Assembly (NCBI GenBank): GCA_001780165.1
Contig: MFFQ01000023.1
Span: forward strand, 5,215 to 69,214
DNA: 64,000 bases
Origin: Candidatus Eisenbacteria bacterium RBG_16_71_46
GTDB lineage: Bacteria > Eisenbacteria > RBG-16-71-46
Direction of reading: 5' to 3'
Part shown: piece after piece, positions 1 to 13,720 of the stretch
How positions within the stretch are numbered: position 1 is the first letter of the stretch
How the letters are laid out: each line of letters begins with the position of its first letter
Program-made: the position numbers and the translations under genes
The notes under the pieces: generated by a model
Database searches by the model: none
What the model saw: only the letters and a program-made list of their open reading frames with translations
Told to the model about the DNA's origin: nothing

Positions 1-2
1 CG

Positions 3-1034
<1,032 letters not shown>

Positions 1035-1118
1035 CACCGGGACGCGCGGCACCGGGCCTCACGGGCTCCCCCGCCGGACTCCGGCCACGCATCGCGCCCC
1101 GCGGAGGCCATCATCCCC

Positions 1119-2594
1119 ATGCGCCGCACGCAGCGCCTCTCCAAGTCGCGCTTCACCGCCGGGCTCCAGTGCCTCAAGCAGCTCTGGTGGCGGGTGCACG
1201 AGCCGCAGGCGCCGGAGCTGGTGGTGGATCCTCGGACCCAGGCGATCTTCGACCAGGGAGCGAAGGTCGGTGTGGTCGCCCGGACCCACGTCCCCGGCGG
1301 CCGGCTGGTCGACCGTCCGTACAACGCCTACGCCGAGCGCCTGGCGCTCACGCGGCAGTTCCTCGACGAACGGGTGCCGGCGATCTACGAAGCCTGCTTC
1401 GTCGCCGATGACGTCTTCGTCGCGGTGGATATCCTCGAACGCTCGCGTGACGGCTTCCACCTCATCGAGGTCAAGTCCTCGACCAGCGTCAAGGACGAGC
1501 ACCTTCCCGACGCCGCCATCCAGCTGCACGTGCTCGGGCGCAGCGGGCTCGACGTCGGGCGCGCCGAGGTGATGCACCTCAATCGGGCGTGCGCCTATCC
1601 CGACCTCCACGATCTCTTCGTCCGGCAGGACGTGACAGCAGAGGCGGAGGCGCTGCTGCCCGGGATCCCCGGGTCGGTCCGCACCCAGCTCGAGGCGCTC
1701 GCGGGCCCGCTCCCGGAGGTGGCGATCGGGGACCACTGCAGCGCGCCCCGCGCCTGTCCGTTCATCGAGCGCTGCTGGCCGACGCCGCCGGCCCACCACG
1801 TCAGCACGCTCTACTTCATGAGGCAGCGCGCCGCCGCGCTCGAGGCGGAAGGCTACTCGACGATCTTCCAGCTCCCGCCCGACGTCTCGCTGAACCGCAC
1901 GGCGGCCCGGCAGGTGCGGGCCGTGCGGTCGGGCCGGATGGTCGTGGAGCCCGGGCTGGCCGAGGCGCTCGAGACCTTCGAGCCGCCCCTCGCCTACCTC
2001 GACTTCGAGACGGTGAATCCCGCGATTCCGGTGTGGGACGGGTGCCACCCCTATGACGCGATCCCGGCGCAGTTCAGCTGCCACGTCGAGAACGGGACCG
2101 GCGGGTTCGACCACCACGAGTGGATCGCCGAGGGATCGGGTGATCCCCGGCGCCCGATGGCCGAGCGGGTGATCGCGGCGTGCCGGGGGGCGCGCACCAT
2201 CGTCGCCTACAACGCGTCGTTCGAGAGCGGCTGCCTTCAGCGCGTCGCCGCGGCGCTTCCCGACCTGCGGGAGGAACTGGCCCGGGTCCAGGCCCGCCTC
2301 GCGGACCCGCTGCCCGTCGTCAGGAACTTCATCTACCACCCCGATTTCGGCGGGAGCTTCAGCCTCAAGTCGGTCTTGCCCGCCCTGGTGCCGGAACTCG
2401 AATACGACGAGCTGGAGGTCGCCGAGGGCAATGCCGCGAGCGTGCACCTGGCGCGCCTGATGTTCGAACCCCAGAGCCTCGACGCCGCCGAACGGACCCG
2501 CCTGCTGCGGGCCCTGTATCGCTACTGCGAACTCGACACCTGGGGGATGGTCAAGCTGCTCGAGCGCTTGCGGGGGATCGCGGCGCGCTCGTGA
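1119..2594 (+). CDS. DUF2779 protein: Cas4/RecB-like PD-(D/E)XK nuclease fused to an RNase H-like DEDD exonuclease domain
   Basis: GGAGG RBS. N-terminal part has LSKSRF..GLQCLKQLW, VDIL...IEVKS and C-x5-CPF-x3-C. C-terminal part has YLDFET, YNASFE, SFSLKSV and YCELDT. Confidence 0.8.
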   Translation: MRRTQRLSKSRFTAGLQCLKQLWWRVHEPQAPELVVDPRTQAIFDQGAKVGVVARTHVPGGRLVDRPYNAYAERLALTRQFLDERVPAIYEACFVADDVFVAVDILERSRDGFHLIEVKSSTSVKDEHLPDAAIQLHVLGRSGLDVGRAEVMHLNRACAYPDLHDLFVRQDVTAEAEALLPGIPGSVRTQLEALAGPLPEVAIGDHCSAPRACPFIERCWPTPPAHHVSTLYFMRQRAAALEAEGYSTIFQLPPDVSLNRTAARQVRAVRSGRMVVEPGLAEALETFEPPLAYLDFETVNPAIPVWDGCHPYDAIPAQFSCHVENGTGGFDHHEWIAEGSGDPRRPMAERVIAACRGARTIVAYNASFESGCLQRVAAALPDLREELARVQARLADPLPVVRNFIYHPDFGGSFSLKSVLPALVPELEYDELEVAEGNAASVHLARLMFEPQSLDAAERTRLLRALYRYCELDTWGMVKLLERLRGIAARS

Positions 2595-2603
2595 CCGACC
2601 AGG

Positions 2604-2822
2604 CTAGCCGGCGCTCTCCTCGTCCTCTTCTTCGCCGGCAGTCTCCTCGTCGAGATCCGGGACTTCGAAGTCCTCGAGGCTGCCGAATTCGTCCCCGGCG
2701 CCGCCCTGCTCCGCCTTGGCGTGCTTCCGCTGGCGGCGCGCCTCGCGCTTTTCCTCGGCTTTGGCCCGGCGCTTCTGTTCCTTTTGTCGCTTGAGAAAGG
2801 ACGGTCTCTTGGTTCCTGCCAT
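2604..2822 (-). CDS. Small (72 aa) protein with basic N-terminal half and acidic C-terminal half
   Basis: AGGAG RBS before ATG 2822. Sequence MAGTKRPSFLKRQKEQKRRAKAEEKRE...DEETAGEEEDEESAG. AT-rich TGTTAAATT (-10-like) near 2885-2893. Confidence 0.7.
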   Translation of the reverse strand: MAGTKRPSFLKRQKEQKRRAKAEEKREARRQRKHAKAEQGGAGDEFGSLEDFEVPDLDEETAGEEEDEESAG

Positions 2823-3071
2823 CAGGGCTCCTCTCGTTCGATCGCACGTCTCGAACCTCCACCGCCGTCGATCGCGGCCGGCCGAATTTAACACAGGATC
2901 CGCGCGGAGTTGAGTCCCGGCCCGCCGGTCCAGTCGGGACCGGCCGGCCGGCCCTCGTAGTCCCCGGCCCCCAGGGGGGCTCCCGCCAGGGAGTTGGCAG
3001 GGAATTCCCGCGTTGCGCTAAACTGCGAGCGTCCATAGCGGAACCAGCCGGACGACTGACGGAGGACTGCT

Positions 3072-4226
3072 TTGAGTTCGACCGCCCTGGGGATGCGCCT
3101 CGACGGTCTCGCCGCGTACGTACCCGAACAGGTGTGGAGCAATGCGCGCGTCGCCGCCCGACTGCGGCTCGAGCGCATGCGTCTCGGCGCCAGTAAGCGC
3201 ACCGCCGGATCCGGCAAGCTCCCCGCCGAAGAGGCCAAGCTCTTCGAGACCAGCGATCGCTGGGTGCGCCGTTTCATCGGCTTCGGCGAGCGCCGCTTCA
3301 GCCCCGAGGGCGAGGGCACGATCGACCTCGCGACGCGCGCGGCCCGCCTCCTGTTCGAGCGCTCCGGGCACTCCCCGAACGACGTCGATTCCATCGTGGT
3401 CGCCAGCGTCACGCCCTCCTACCTCTACAGCCCTCCGGACGCCGCGCTGCTCCAGCATGCGCTCGGCATCCCGGTCTGGCGCGGAGCGGACCCTCGCGAA
3501 CTACGAGGCGCCGACATCTCTTTGGCGTGCAGCAGCTGGGTGGCCTCGCTCACCATCTGCTACGCCCTGATCCGTTCCGGGATGGCCCGCCGCATCCTCC
3601 TGGTCGGCGCCGACCGGATGAGCGCCGCCATCAACTGGCGCGACCGCAGCTTCGCCACCGTGCTCGGGGACGCCGGCACCGCCACGCTGTGCACGGCCGT
3701 GCCGGCCGCGGAGGACTGGTTCTCGCCCACGCAGTTCTGGAGCTGGATGGACGGCGGACACGCCGGGATCATCCTCACCCCCGCGGGCGGCTCGCGGCGG
3801 CCTTCGCCCCTGCCGGAGGAGGTGGAGGCGGGCAAGCACCGGCTGGCCATGGATGGCGCCGCGGTGAAGGAAGTTCTCGTCCCCTTCACCGGAGGCCCGG
3901 CCATGGATGCCGCGCTGGCCAAGGCCGGCTGGCGGCTCGAGGATCTCGACTTCGCCACGCTGCACGAAGCCAACCTGGTGCTCAACGCCTCCATCATCCG
4001 GATGTGGCGCGAGCGCGGGTTCCGCGGCCAGGTGCTGGACGCGGGCGGCCGATTCGGCAACACGACCAGCGCCTCGATCCCGCTGGCGCTGGCGATGAAC
4101 CCCGGCGAGTTGGTGGTCGGCCGGAAGTTCGGACTGCTGGGCTTCGGAGGGGGCCTGTCGGCGAGCTTCGCCTTCGGCACGATCCTCCACCCGCTTCCCG
4201 CCTGGAACAACCTGCGCTCACCCTGA
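3072..4226 (+). CDS. fabH: 3-oxoacyl-ACP synthase III (FabH-like, divergent)
   Basis: Catalytic Cys in LACSS, His in LHEAN, Asn in GNTTSASIP; also LGDAG and GFGGGL. GGAGGA RBS before TTG 3072. Confidence 0.8.
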   Translation: MSSTALGMRLDGLAAYVPEQVWSNARVAARLRLERMRLGASKRTAGSGKLPAEEAKLFETSDRWVRRFIGFGERRFSPEGEGTIDLATRAARLLFERSGHSPNDVDSIVVASVTPSYLYSPPDAALLQHALGIPVWRGADPRELRGADISLACSSWVASLTICYALIRSGMARRILLVGADRMSAAINWRDRSFATVLGDAGTATLCTAVPAAEDWFSPTQFWSWMDGGHAGIILTPAGGSRRPSPLPEEVEAGKHRLAMDGAAVKEVLVPFTGGPAMDAALAKAGWRLEDLDFATLHEANLVLNASIIRMWRERGFRGQVLDAGGRFGNTTSASIPLALAMNPGELVVGRKFGLLGFGGGLSASFAFGTILHPLPAWNNLRSP

Positions 4227-4290
4227 CGATCGCCCCGCCGGCTCCGGAGGGCACGCGCCGCGCCTCCCGGGGTCCGAGGCGGCGGGACCG

Positions 4291-7275
4291 TCAGGCGGGA
4301 GCGGCCCCCGGCTTGTAGATCACGCCTTGGTTCCGCCGGCCGTTCATCTTGACCACGATCGGCTTCTCGAACCGAAGATGCCGGACCGAGTCGCGGCGGG
4401 TCTTGGCGGGCTGAGACTCGATCCACTCCCAGTCCACGAAGCCCTCGCCCGCGTCGGCGTTGACGGTGAAGTAGCCGACCTGGAACGAGGTCAGGTTCTG
4501 GAAGAAGTGGCTGCCCTGGGAGGGCGTGACCCGGAAGTCCCGAAAGCCCGACTCGACGATGACCCGGGCGCCCGAGATCTGGTCCCAGGCCACCGGGATC
4601 CCGAGCCAGGGCTCCCTCGACCCCCAGCGACCCACGCCGATCAGCAGGTAAGGCCGGCGCTGCGCCCATAACTCGGCGTTGAAGCGGGCGACCGCGTCCG
4701 CGGCGTCGCTGCTGCGGGAACGCTCGAAGCGGTGGAAGTCGACCACCACCAAGTCCCGCAGGCCGTCGATCCTGCCATTTCCCAGCACGCTTGGGCTGCG
4801 GCACAGCAGCAGCTCCGAGTGGATCTCGTCCACGTCCAGCTCTTCGGTCTCGCGGCTGAGCACGAGCGGGCGCATTTGCAGGAAGCCGAACTGGTGCGGC
4901 TCCTCCGCGGCGCGGCCGAGGCGCACGGCGAACTCGATTTCGACCGGACGGTTCATCCCGCGGCTCCCGACATCGAGGATGTGGCTCAGGGTTTCGGCGA
5001 GTGGAAAGACCCCATGCTTGAGGATCGGGGCCAGCGTCACCAATGGCCGGCCGGGTCGCGAGAGCCCGTCCTGGATCGTGCCGTTCTCGGCGGAGTAGGT
5101 GGAGCCCACCGCCAGGAGCGTTCCATCCTCGGCAGCGGTCTCGAGGCCGAAGCGCGTCTCGCGCGTGGCGGGTGCCGCGGCCGCGCTCTCCCCCCGATCG
5201 AGCTCGAGGGCCCAGAAGGCCTGCTGGGAGTTGCCGAGCACGTCCTCGACCGCCGACGAATGGATGGGATGAAGCGGATACCGTGGGCAGAAGACCACGC
5301 ACCGCTCGCCCTCCACGACCGCCCGCCCCATTCCCAGCGCCACGGCCGCGACACCGTCCTCGGAGGTGAGGGGCGGCGCCGGGTAGAAGTTGTGCGAACG
5401 CGCCACTCCGGCGAAATCCGGATAGTGTCGCGGACCGTGGGCGGCGCCCACGACCTTTTGGAGGATGACGGCCATCTTCTCCTCCTCCAGACGATAGGGC
5501 GTCGCGCGCAAATAGCCCTTGGCGTGCTGGGAGAAGGTCGAGGCATAGACCAGCTTGATCGCCCGCATGAGCCGTTCGAGGCGCACGCCGAGGTCGGGGT
5601 GGTTGTTCGGGAGCATGAAGGTCTCGTACACGCCGGTGAACGGCTGGTGCTGCGAGTCCTCGAGCAGGCTCGAGGAGCGCACCGCGACCGGCCAGTCCAC
5701 GGCATCCAGGAAGGACACGAGGTCCTGCACCGCGTCCGGCGGAAGCTGCGCCGCGAGGAACCGGCGCTGGATCTCGGCGTCGTCCCGCGAGCGCAGCGCG
5801 TAGTCGAGGAGTGCGCTGTCGGCCAGGAACTGGTCGAACACGTCGGTCGCCAGCACCACCGACGGCGGCACCGCGATCTCCACCCCGGGGAAGCGGTGGC
5901 CGATCCGATGATAGTTGAGCAGGTAGCGCACGAACGCGAGCCCGCGCGCCTTGCCGCCGATGGAGCCGCCCCCGATCCGCGAGAAGAACGTGCCCGTGGG
6001 ATCGAATTGGGACCGCGCGTAGTCGACGATCAACAGGGCGCTCTGCGCATGCCGGTAACGGACGATGGACTGGATCATGTCGCGCCGCAGGTCCTCGAGG
6101 CTCGCGAAGTCCGAGACCTTGCGCGGCCTGAGCTCGTGAGCGAGCGCGAATTCGGTCCGGGCGCTGAACCAGTTCGAGAAGTGATTGCGCTCCCCGTGGA
6201 AGGCGATGCTCTCGGCCGGGACCGTGCGGAGCATCGCTTCGAGGCTCTTGAGGTCGCCCGCCCGGCCCACCTCGGTTCCGTCCGGAAGGCGGAACACGAA
6301 GTCGCCGAACGCGAAGTTCTCGGTGACGAAGCCGCGGAGATCGGACAGCAGGGTGGGCGAATCCTTGAGCAGGAACGCCGCGCCGACCTCCCGCGCCCCG
6401 CGCGCGTTCTCCGAATGGCTGGATTGAAGCAGGATGGGGAGGTCCCAGATCGCCTCCCGTGCCGCGCGGGCAAGATCGAACCCCGCCTGGGGGGAGAGCT
6501 GACCGCCGCGCGGGAACTGGATGTCGGAGATCAATCCGAGCACGTGGTCCCGGTAGCGTATCAGGACGTCCCAGGCCTCTTCGAAGGTGCGGCACAGCAG
6601 GATCTTGGGCCGCGCACGCAGCCGCACGATCTTGTGCGAGAGATTGACGCCCTCGCTGACCAGGCGCTCGGACTGGCGAATGATCTCGGTGTAGATCGTC
6701 GGCAGGAACGAGGAGGCGTAGCGGATGTTGTCCTCCACCACGAGGATGACCCGCACCCCCACCGCGGCCGTGTCGTGGGCGACGTTGCGACGGTCCTCGA
6801 CGAACTTGACGATGGCGACGAGGATCCGCGCGTTGCCCTGCCACAGGAAGATGCCCTCGACCTCCGAGACCCCATGCCGCGCGACGAAACGTTTGGCCTC
6901 GTCGTTGTCGTAGGCCAACACGACGACCGGCACGTCCAGCCCCGCGCGACGGACTTCGCGCGCCAGCTCGCTGGCGCTCATGTCGCCCGCATCGATGGCG
7001 GTGATGATCAGGTTGAAGCGGGGCGCGGCCTTGGCGAGCGCCAGCGCCTCGGCGCCGCTCGAGACGTGGGTGAGGCCCGGCGGCTGGTGGAGGCTCAGCT
7101 CGAGGAATTCCCCGAGGATGAGTTCGTTGAGACGGCCGTCCTCCTGGAGCGTGAAGGACTCGTAGAGGCTCGACACCAGGAGGATGTCCTGGACCCGGAA
7201 GGGCATCAGGTCCTGAAAGCCCCCGAACGGGTTGCTCGGAGCCTGCGGGACGGATCCGTCGGCGATGGTCGGCAT
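4291..7275 (-). CDS. Receiver-like domains fused to a PEP-synthase/PPDK N-terminal ATP-grasp domain and a C-terminal His-containing domain
   Basis: Receiver-like ILVVED...LISDIQFP...FLLK. ATP-grasp motifs GSIGGKARGL, AVRSSSLLEDS, FTGVYET, MAVILQKVVG, ALGMG..VVEG, VEIEFA and LQMRP. C-terminal GRWGS...SQGSHFFQNLT. Start uncertain (7275 or 7338). Confidence 0.85.
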   Translation of the reverse strand: MPTIADGSVPQAPSNPFGGFQDLMPFRVQDILLVSSLYESFTLQEDGRLNELILGEFLELSLHQPPGLTHVSSGAEALALAKAAPRFNLIITAIDAGDMSASELAREVRRAGLDVPVVVLAYDNDEAKRFVARHGVSEVEGIFLWQGNARILVAIVKFVEDRRNVAHDTAAVGVRVILVVEDNIRYASSFLPTIYTEIIRQSERLVSEGVNLSHKIVRLRARPKILLCRTFEEAWDVLIRYRDHVLGLISDIQFPRGGQLSPQAGFDLARAAREAIWDLPILLQSSHSENARGAREVGAAFLLKDSPTLLSDLRGFVTENFAFGDFVFRLPDGTEVGRAGDLKSLEAMLRTVPAESIAFHGERNHFSNWFSARTEFALAHELRPRKVSDFASLEDLRRDMIQSIVRYRHAQSALLIVDYARSQFDPTGTFFSRIGGGSIGGKARGLAFVRYLLNYHRIGHRFPGVEIAVPPSVVLATDVFDQFLADSALLDYALRSRDDAEIQRRFLAAQLPPDAVQDLVSFLDAVDWPVAVRSSSLLEDSQHQPFTGVYETFMLPNNHPDLGVRLERLMRAIKLVYASTFSQHAKGYLRATPYRLEEEKMAVILQKVVGAAHGPRHYPDFAGVARSHNFYPAPPLTSEDGVAAVALGMGRAVVEGERCVVFCPRYPLHPIHSSAVEDVLGNSQQAFWALELDRGESAAAAPATRETRFGLETAAEDGTLLAVGSTYSAENGTIQDGLSRPGRPLVTLAPILKHGVFPLAETLSHILDVGSRGMNRPVEIEFAVRLGRAAEEPHQFGFLQMRPLVLSRETEELDVDEIHSELLLCRSPSVLGNGRIDGLRDLVVVDFHRFERSRSSDAADAVARFNAELWAQRRPYLLIGVGRWGSREPWLGIPVAWDQISGARVIVESGFRDFRVTPSQGSHFFQNLTSFQVGYFTVNADAGEGFVDWEWIESQPAKTRRDSVRHLRFEKPIVVKMNGRRNQGVIYKPGAAPA

Positions 7276-7347
7276 CCTCTCACCCGGGTAGAACGAAGTC
7301 GCGGGGCGGAGGATATCCGCCCCGCGCTCCAGGACCAACCCCGATGA

Positions 7348-10624
<3,277 letters not shown>

Positions 10625-10889
10625 GCGTGTCTCCTCTTGATGGGGGGTCCTGGGTTTCATCCCGAGCCCGGCGCCCGGATCGGGCCCAGTCTGCGCGGCG
10701 GACGGCATCTGCGGCAAGCCCAAACACGCCGCCGGTCGTGGCGGTTCGCGTTTGGCCGTCCGGCGCCGGGGTCCGGCCCCCTGGGGAGGCCAAGAGAAGC
10801 CCCCGAGGCCTTGGAGCCACGGGGGCTGGAAAGGGGTCCGGTGCGGCTTCCGCGGGCGCCGGACCGGCCGAACGGCGGGTGCCGGTGCG

Positions 10890-12173
10890 CTACATCCGCT
10901 TCCGGCTCCGTCGGGTCGTCACGTTGAGGCGGCGCTTGCGTCCGTGCGCCTCACCGGCCGGTGCGAGCGCCGGCTCGGGGCGCGCCCGCACCTCGTGGCG
11001 GCCCGTCCTCGGCCGCGGCTCGCGCAGCGGGCGGACCGCCGAAGCGCGCCGCTCGTAGTCGAACCCGGGGATCGTCACCCGCGGCACGATGATGCCGACC
11101 GTGCGCTCGATCGCCGCGACCTCCTTGCGGTCCTCGGGGCAAACCAAGGTCAGGGCGTCGCCTGTGGCATCCATGCGCCCGGTGCGCCCGATGCGGTGCA
11201 CGTAGTCTTCGGGGGTGCGCGGAACGTCGTAGTTGATGACGTGCGTGATGTCGTCGACGTCGATCCCCCGCGACGCGATGTCGGTGGCCACCAGGATGTC
11301 CACCCGGCCGCGCTTGAAATCGGAGAGCGCGCGTTCGCGCTGGCCCTGGCTGCGGTCGCCGTGGAGTGCCGCCACCGCGTGGCCGCTGGTCTTGAGTCGC
11401 CGCGCGAGGCGCTCGGCGCCGTGCTTGGTGCGGGTGAACACGATCGTGCTGTGGTCGCCCGCGCGCTCGAAGATCGCCTGCAGCAGATCCGCCTTGAGAT
11501 GGCTCGGGACCGGGTAGAAGAACTGGTCGATCCCCGCCGCCGGACGCGTGGGCGGCGCCAGCTCGAGCCGCCGGGGGTTGGTGAGCGCTTCGCGCGCCAC
11601 GGTGTTGAGCTCCGGCGGCATCGTCGCCGAGAACATCAGGGTCTGGCGCTTCTTCGGCAGCAGTCGGAGGATGCGCTTGAGGTCCGGCGCGAAGCCCATG
11701 TCCACCATGCGGTCGGCTTCGTCGAGCACCAGGATCTCGATGTCCTCGAAGGCCAGCGCCTGGCGGCCGTGGAGATCCAGCAGCCGGCCGGGGGTCGCGA
11801 CCAGCAGTTCGACGCCCTCACGCCGGAGCATGCGCTCCTGCGGACCGAGCGGCACGCCGCCGTACACGGCGCCGACCCGCACCGGAGAGAAGCGCGCGTA
11901 CTCGCGCGCGGCGGACTCGACCTGCGCGGCGAGCTCGCGCGTGGGCACGAGGACCAGCGCCCGCAGGGCCGGTGGGCCGTCGAGCAGGCGCGTGAGGATG
12001 GGCAGCACGAAGGCGGCGGTCTTGCCGCTGCCGGTCTGCGCAGCGGCGACCAGGTCGTGGCCGGGAAGAATGAGAGGGATGGCCTGCGCCTGGATCGGCG
12101 TGGGCACGGTGTAGCCGGCCGCCCGTACGCCCTGGGTAATGGGCTCGGGCAGGCCGAGTGCGGTGAACGACAT
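10890..12173 (-). CDS. rhlE: DEAD-box RNA helicase (RhlE-like)
   Basis: Q motif PTPIQ, AQTGSGKT, PTREL, TPGR, DEAD, SAT, SRGID, HRIGRTGR and a basic tail. Confidence 0.93.
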   Translation of the reverse strand: MSFTALGLPEPITQGVRAAGYTVPTPIQAQAIPLILPGHDLVAAAQTGSGKTAAFVLPILTRLLDGPPALRALVLVPTRELAAQVESAAREYARFSPVRVGAVYGGVPLGPQERMLRREGVELLVATPGRLLDLHGRQALAFEDIEILVLDEADRMVDMGFAPDLKRILRLLPKKRQTLMFSATMPPELNTVAREALTNPRRLELAPPTRPAAGIDQFFYPVPSHLKADLLQAIFERAGDHSTIVFTRTKHGAERLARRLKTSGHAVAALHGDRSQGQRERALSDFKRGRVDILVATDIASRGIDVDDITHVINYDVPRTPEDYVHRIGRTGRMDATGDALTLVCPEDRKEVAAIERTVGIIVPRVTIPGFDYERRASAVRPLREPRPRTGRHEVRARPEPALAPAGEAHGRKRRLNVTTRRSRKRM

Positions 12174-12265
12174 GATGTCTCCTAGTGGGTGCGTGGGTGC
12201 GGCAGTGGCGCCGGTTGGCACGCGGTGGCCCGAAGGCCGGGGATGGGACGAGCGCTTGCGGCGTT

Positions 12266-12895
12266 CTATCGTGCGCCGCCTTGAATGCCCTTCCCGAACC
12301 GGCTGTGACGCCGCGCCAGCCGCCGTGCGGTATCGGGCGTGGGCGCCGGTGCCGGCTCCTCGACGACGAGGGTGCCGATCACGAGATCGGCGAGGGGAAG
12401 CAGCACGTTGAGGTTGCGGTCCATGCGCAGGTGATGGATGCGATGGTGCCGCTTGATGAACTGGAAGTACCGCCCGCGCTCGACGACGCCGAGCGCGGGC
12501 TTGCGCATGAGGAAGTGCAGCCCCTCGTAGCCGAGGTAGTAAAGCGCCATGGTCGCGCCGAAGGCGATCACGAATGCGGCGACCGGAAGCGAGACGCCCA
12601 GCGCGGCAAACCCCCACGCCAGCAGGGCCCAGGGGAGGACGTTGATGAGAACGAGCGCGGGCCCTCCCCACCACTCGAAGCTCGGCGCCTCGCGCTGCGC
12701 TTCGTCTTCCACGTGGAAGGTGTCTTCGATCTTGCGGAGCTGGTGGTGGACCAGGGTGTGCGAGGCCAAGCGGCCCCCGGGCTGCCCGGGCCGATGCAGC
12801 CAGAAGCGGTGAAAGGTCCACTCGAAGAAACTGGCCTGAACGACGGCGACGGCGATCCCTGCGAGAACAGCGAGGAGGGTGAAGGGGATGGGCAT
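12266..12895 (-). CDS. Fatty-acid hydroxylase / sterol desaturase family membrane protein
   Basis: His boxes EWTFHRFWLH, SHTLVHH, YEGLH and HHRIHH, with transmembrane segments. Confidence 0.8.
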   Translation of the reverse strand: MPIPFTLLAVLAGIAVAVVQASFFEWTFHRFWLHRPGQPGGRLASHTLVHHQLRKIEDTFHVEDEAQREAPSFEWWGGPALVLINVLPWALLAWGFAALGVSLPVAAFVIAFGATMALYYLGYEGLHFLMRKPALGVVERGRYFQFIKRHHRIHHLRMDRNLNVLLPLADLVIGTLVVEEPAPAPTPDTARRLARRHSRFGKGIQGGAR

Positions 12896-12982
12896 GAAGC
12901 TCCGGGGAAGCAGGAAGGCGCGCAGGTCGCGCGCGCCGTGTCCGGCCTCACTGACCGGACCTTACGATCGGATGGATGGCAC

Positions 12983-13011
12983 AAAAAAACCGCCAGGGTC
13001 GTCCTGGACGG
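12983..13011 (-). terminator. Intrinsic terminator located in the leader of the hydroxylase/helicase genes
   Basis: RNA CCG(U)CCAGG-ACGAC-CCUGGCGG followed by U7, about 90 nt upstream of ATG 12895. Confidence 0.75.
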
Positions 13012-13057
13012 ACTCGAACGCGAGCGGCACATCCAACCTCGACCGAAGACTGCAGGG

Positions 13058-13086
13058 ACTATCGGACCCTCGGCCCCCCAAATCAA
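13058..13086 (-). promoter_or_regulatory. Sigma70-like promoter TTGATT-N17-GATAGT
   Basis: -35 at 13086-13081 and -10 at 13063-13058 with a 17-nt spacer, in an AT-richer patch. Confidence 0.55.
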
Positions 13087-13245
13087 GTGAATTCGTTGTG
13101 AACCGCCCCGTGCGGCCACGCGAACGGTCCACCCCGGCCGCCGGCCGACCCTCTCCCAAGGCCTTCCCCACCCACGACTCGCGCCGGCGCGCCCACGCCC
13201 CGGCCGGCGGCCGGGACCGCATCCGCGCGGGAGCCGCCCCGCGGC

Positions 13246-13647
13246 TCAGCCTCCGGCCGCGGCACCGGCCCGGCTCGCCATGACCAGGGCGGCCCCGGTC
13301 ACGTAGGCCACCACCCACCAGGAGTAGGCGTAGCGGGAGTAGAGGTGAAGGCCGCGCGGGACGCTCCCCGACCCGTGGCGACGGTACTGCCGCCAGACCA
13401 GCACCGTGTCGGTGAGCATCGCCGCCAGCGCCGAGTAGCCGAGGAAACCGTGCAGCGTGAACAGCGAGCGGCTGGTGCCGAGGATCATGCAGGTGGTGGC
13501 GATCACGTCGAACCCCACGCCCACGGTGAGAAAGGCGAGGATGCCCGGAGTGACCTGCCGGCGCCGCTGTTCGCGGATGATGCCGATCGAGTACGAGAGC
13601 AGCGCCAGATTGACGATGATCACACCGGCTCTGAGAAACGGATTCAC
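13246..13647 (-). CDS. Small 4-TM membrane protein (HsmA/TIGR03987-like, possibly heme-binding)
   Basis: GGGAGG RBS before GTG. Motifs LLSYSIG, FDVIAT, TLHGFLGYSAL and LHLYS..AY..W...Y.TG. Confidence 0.65.
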   Translation of the reverse strand: MNPFLRAGVIIVNLALLSYSIGIIREQRRRQVTPGILAFLTVGVGFDVIATTCMILGTSRSLFTLHGFLGYSALAAMLTDTVLVWRQYRRHGSGSVPRGLHLYSRYAYSWWVVAYVTGAALVMASRAGAAAGG

Positions 13648-13720
13648 GCGGTCCTCCCGTGGAATGATGTCCCCCCGCGCGACGCCGGGTGCCACCCGCG
13701 GCGGGCGGCGCTCCGTCGCC

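Noticed and set aside
1119..3071. Possible CRISPR-Cas locus around the Cas4-like gene
   Set aside because: No repeat-spacer array and no cas1/cas2 or effector genes seen anywhere in the window.
12977..12993. TGGCAC on the plus strand as a possible sigma54 -24 box (similar at 12216)
   Set aside because: No GC at the -12 position and no downstream gene on that strand.
13010..13022. GTTCGAGTCC on the minus strand, resembling a tRNA T-loop
   Set aside because: No T-stem, anticodon arm or acceptor stem can be built. It is treated as part of the leader RNA instead.
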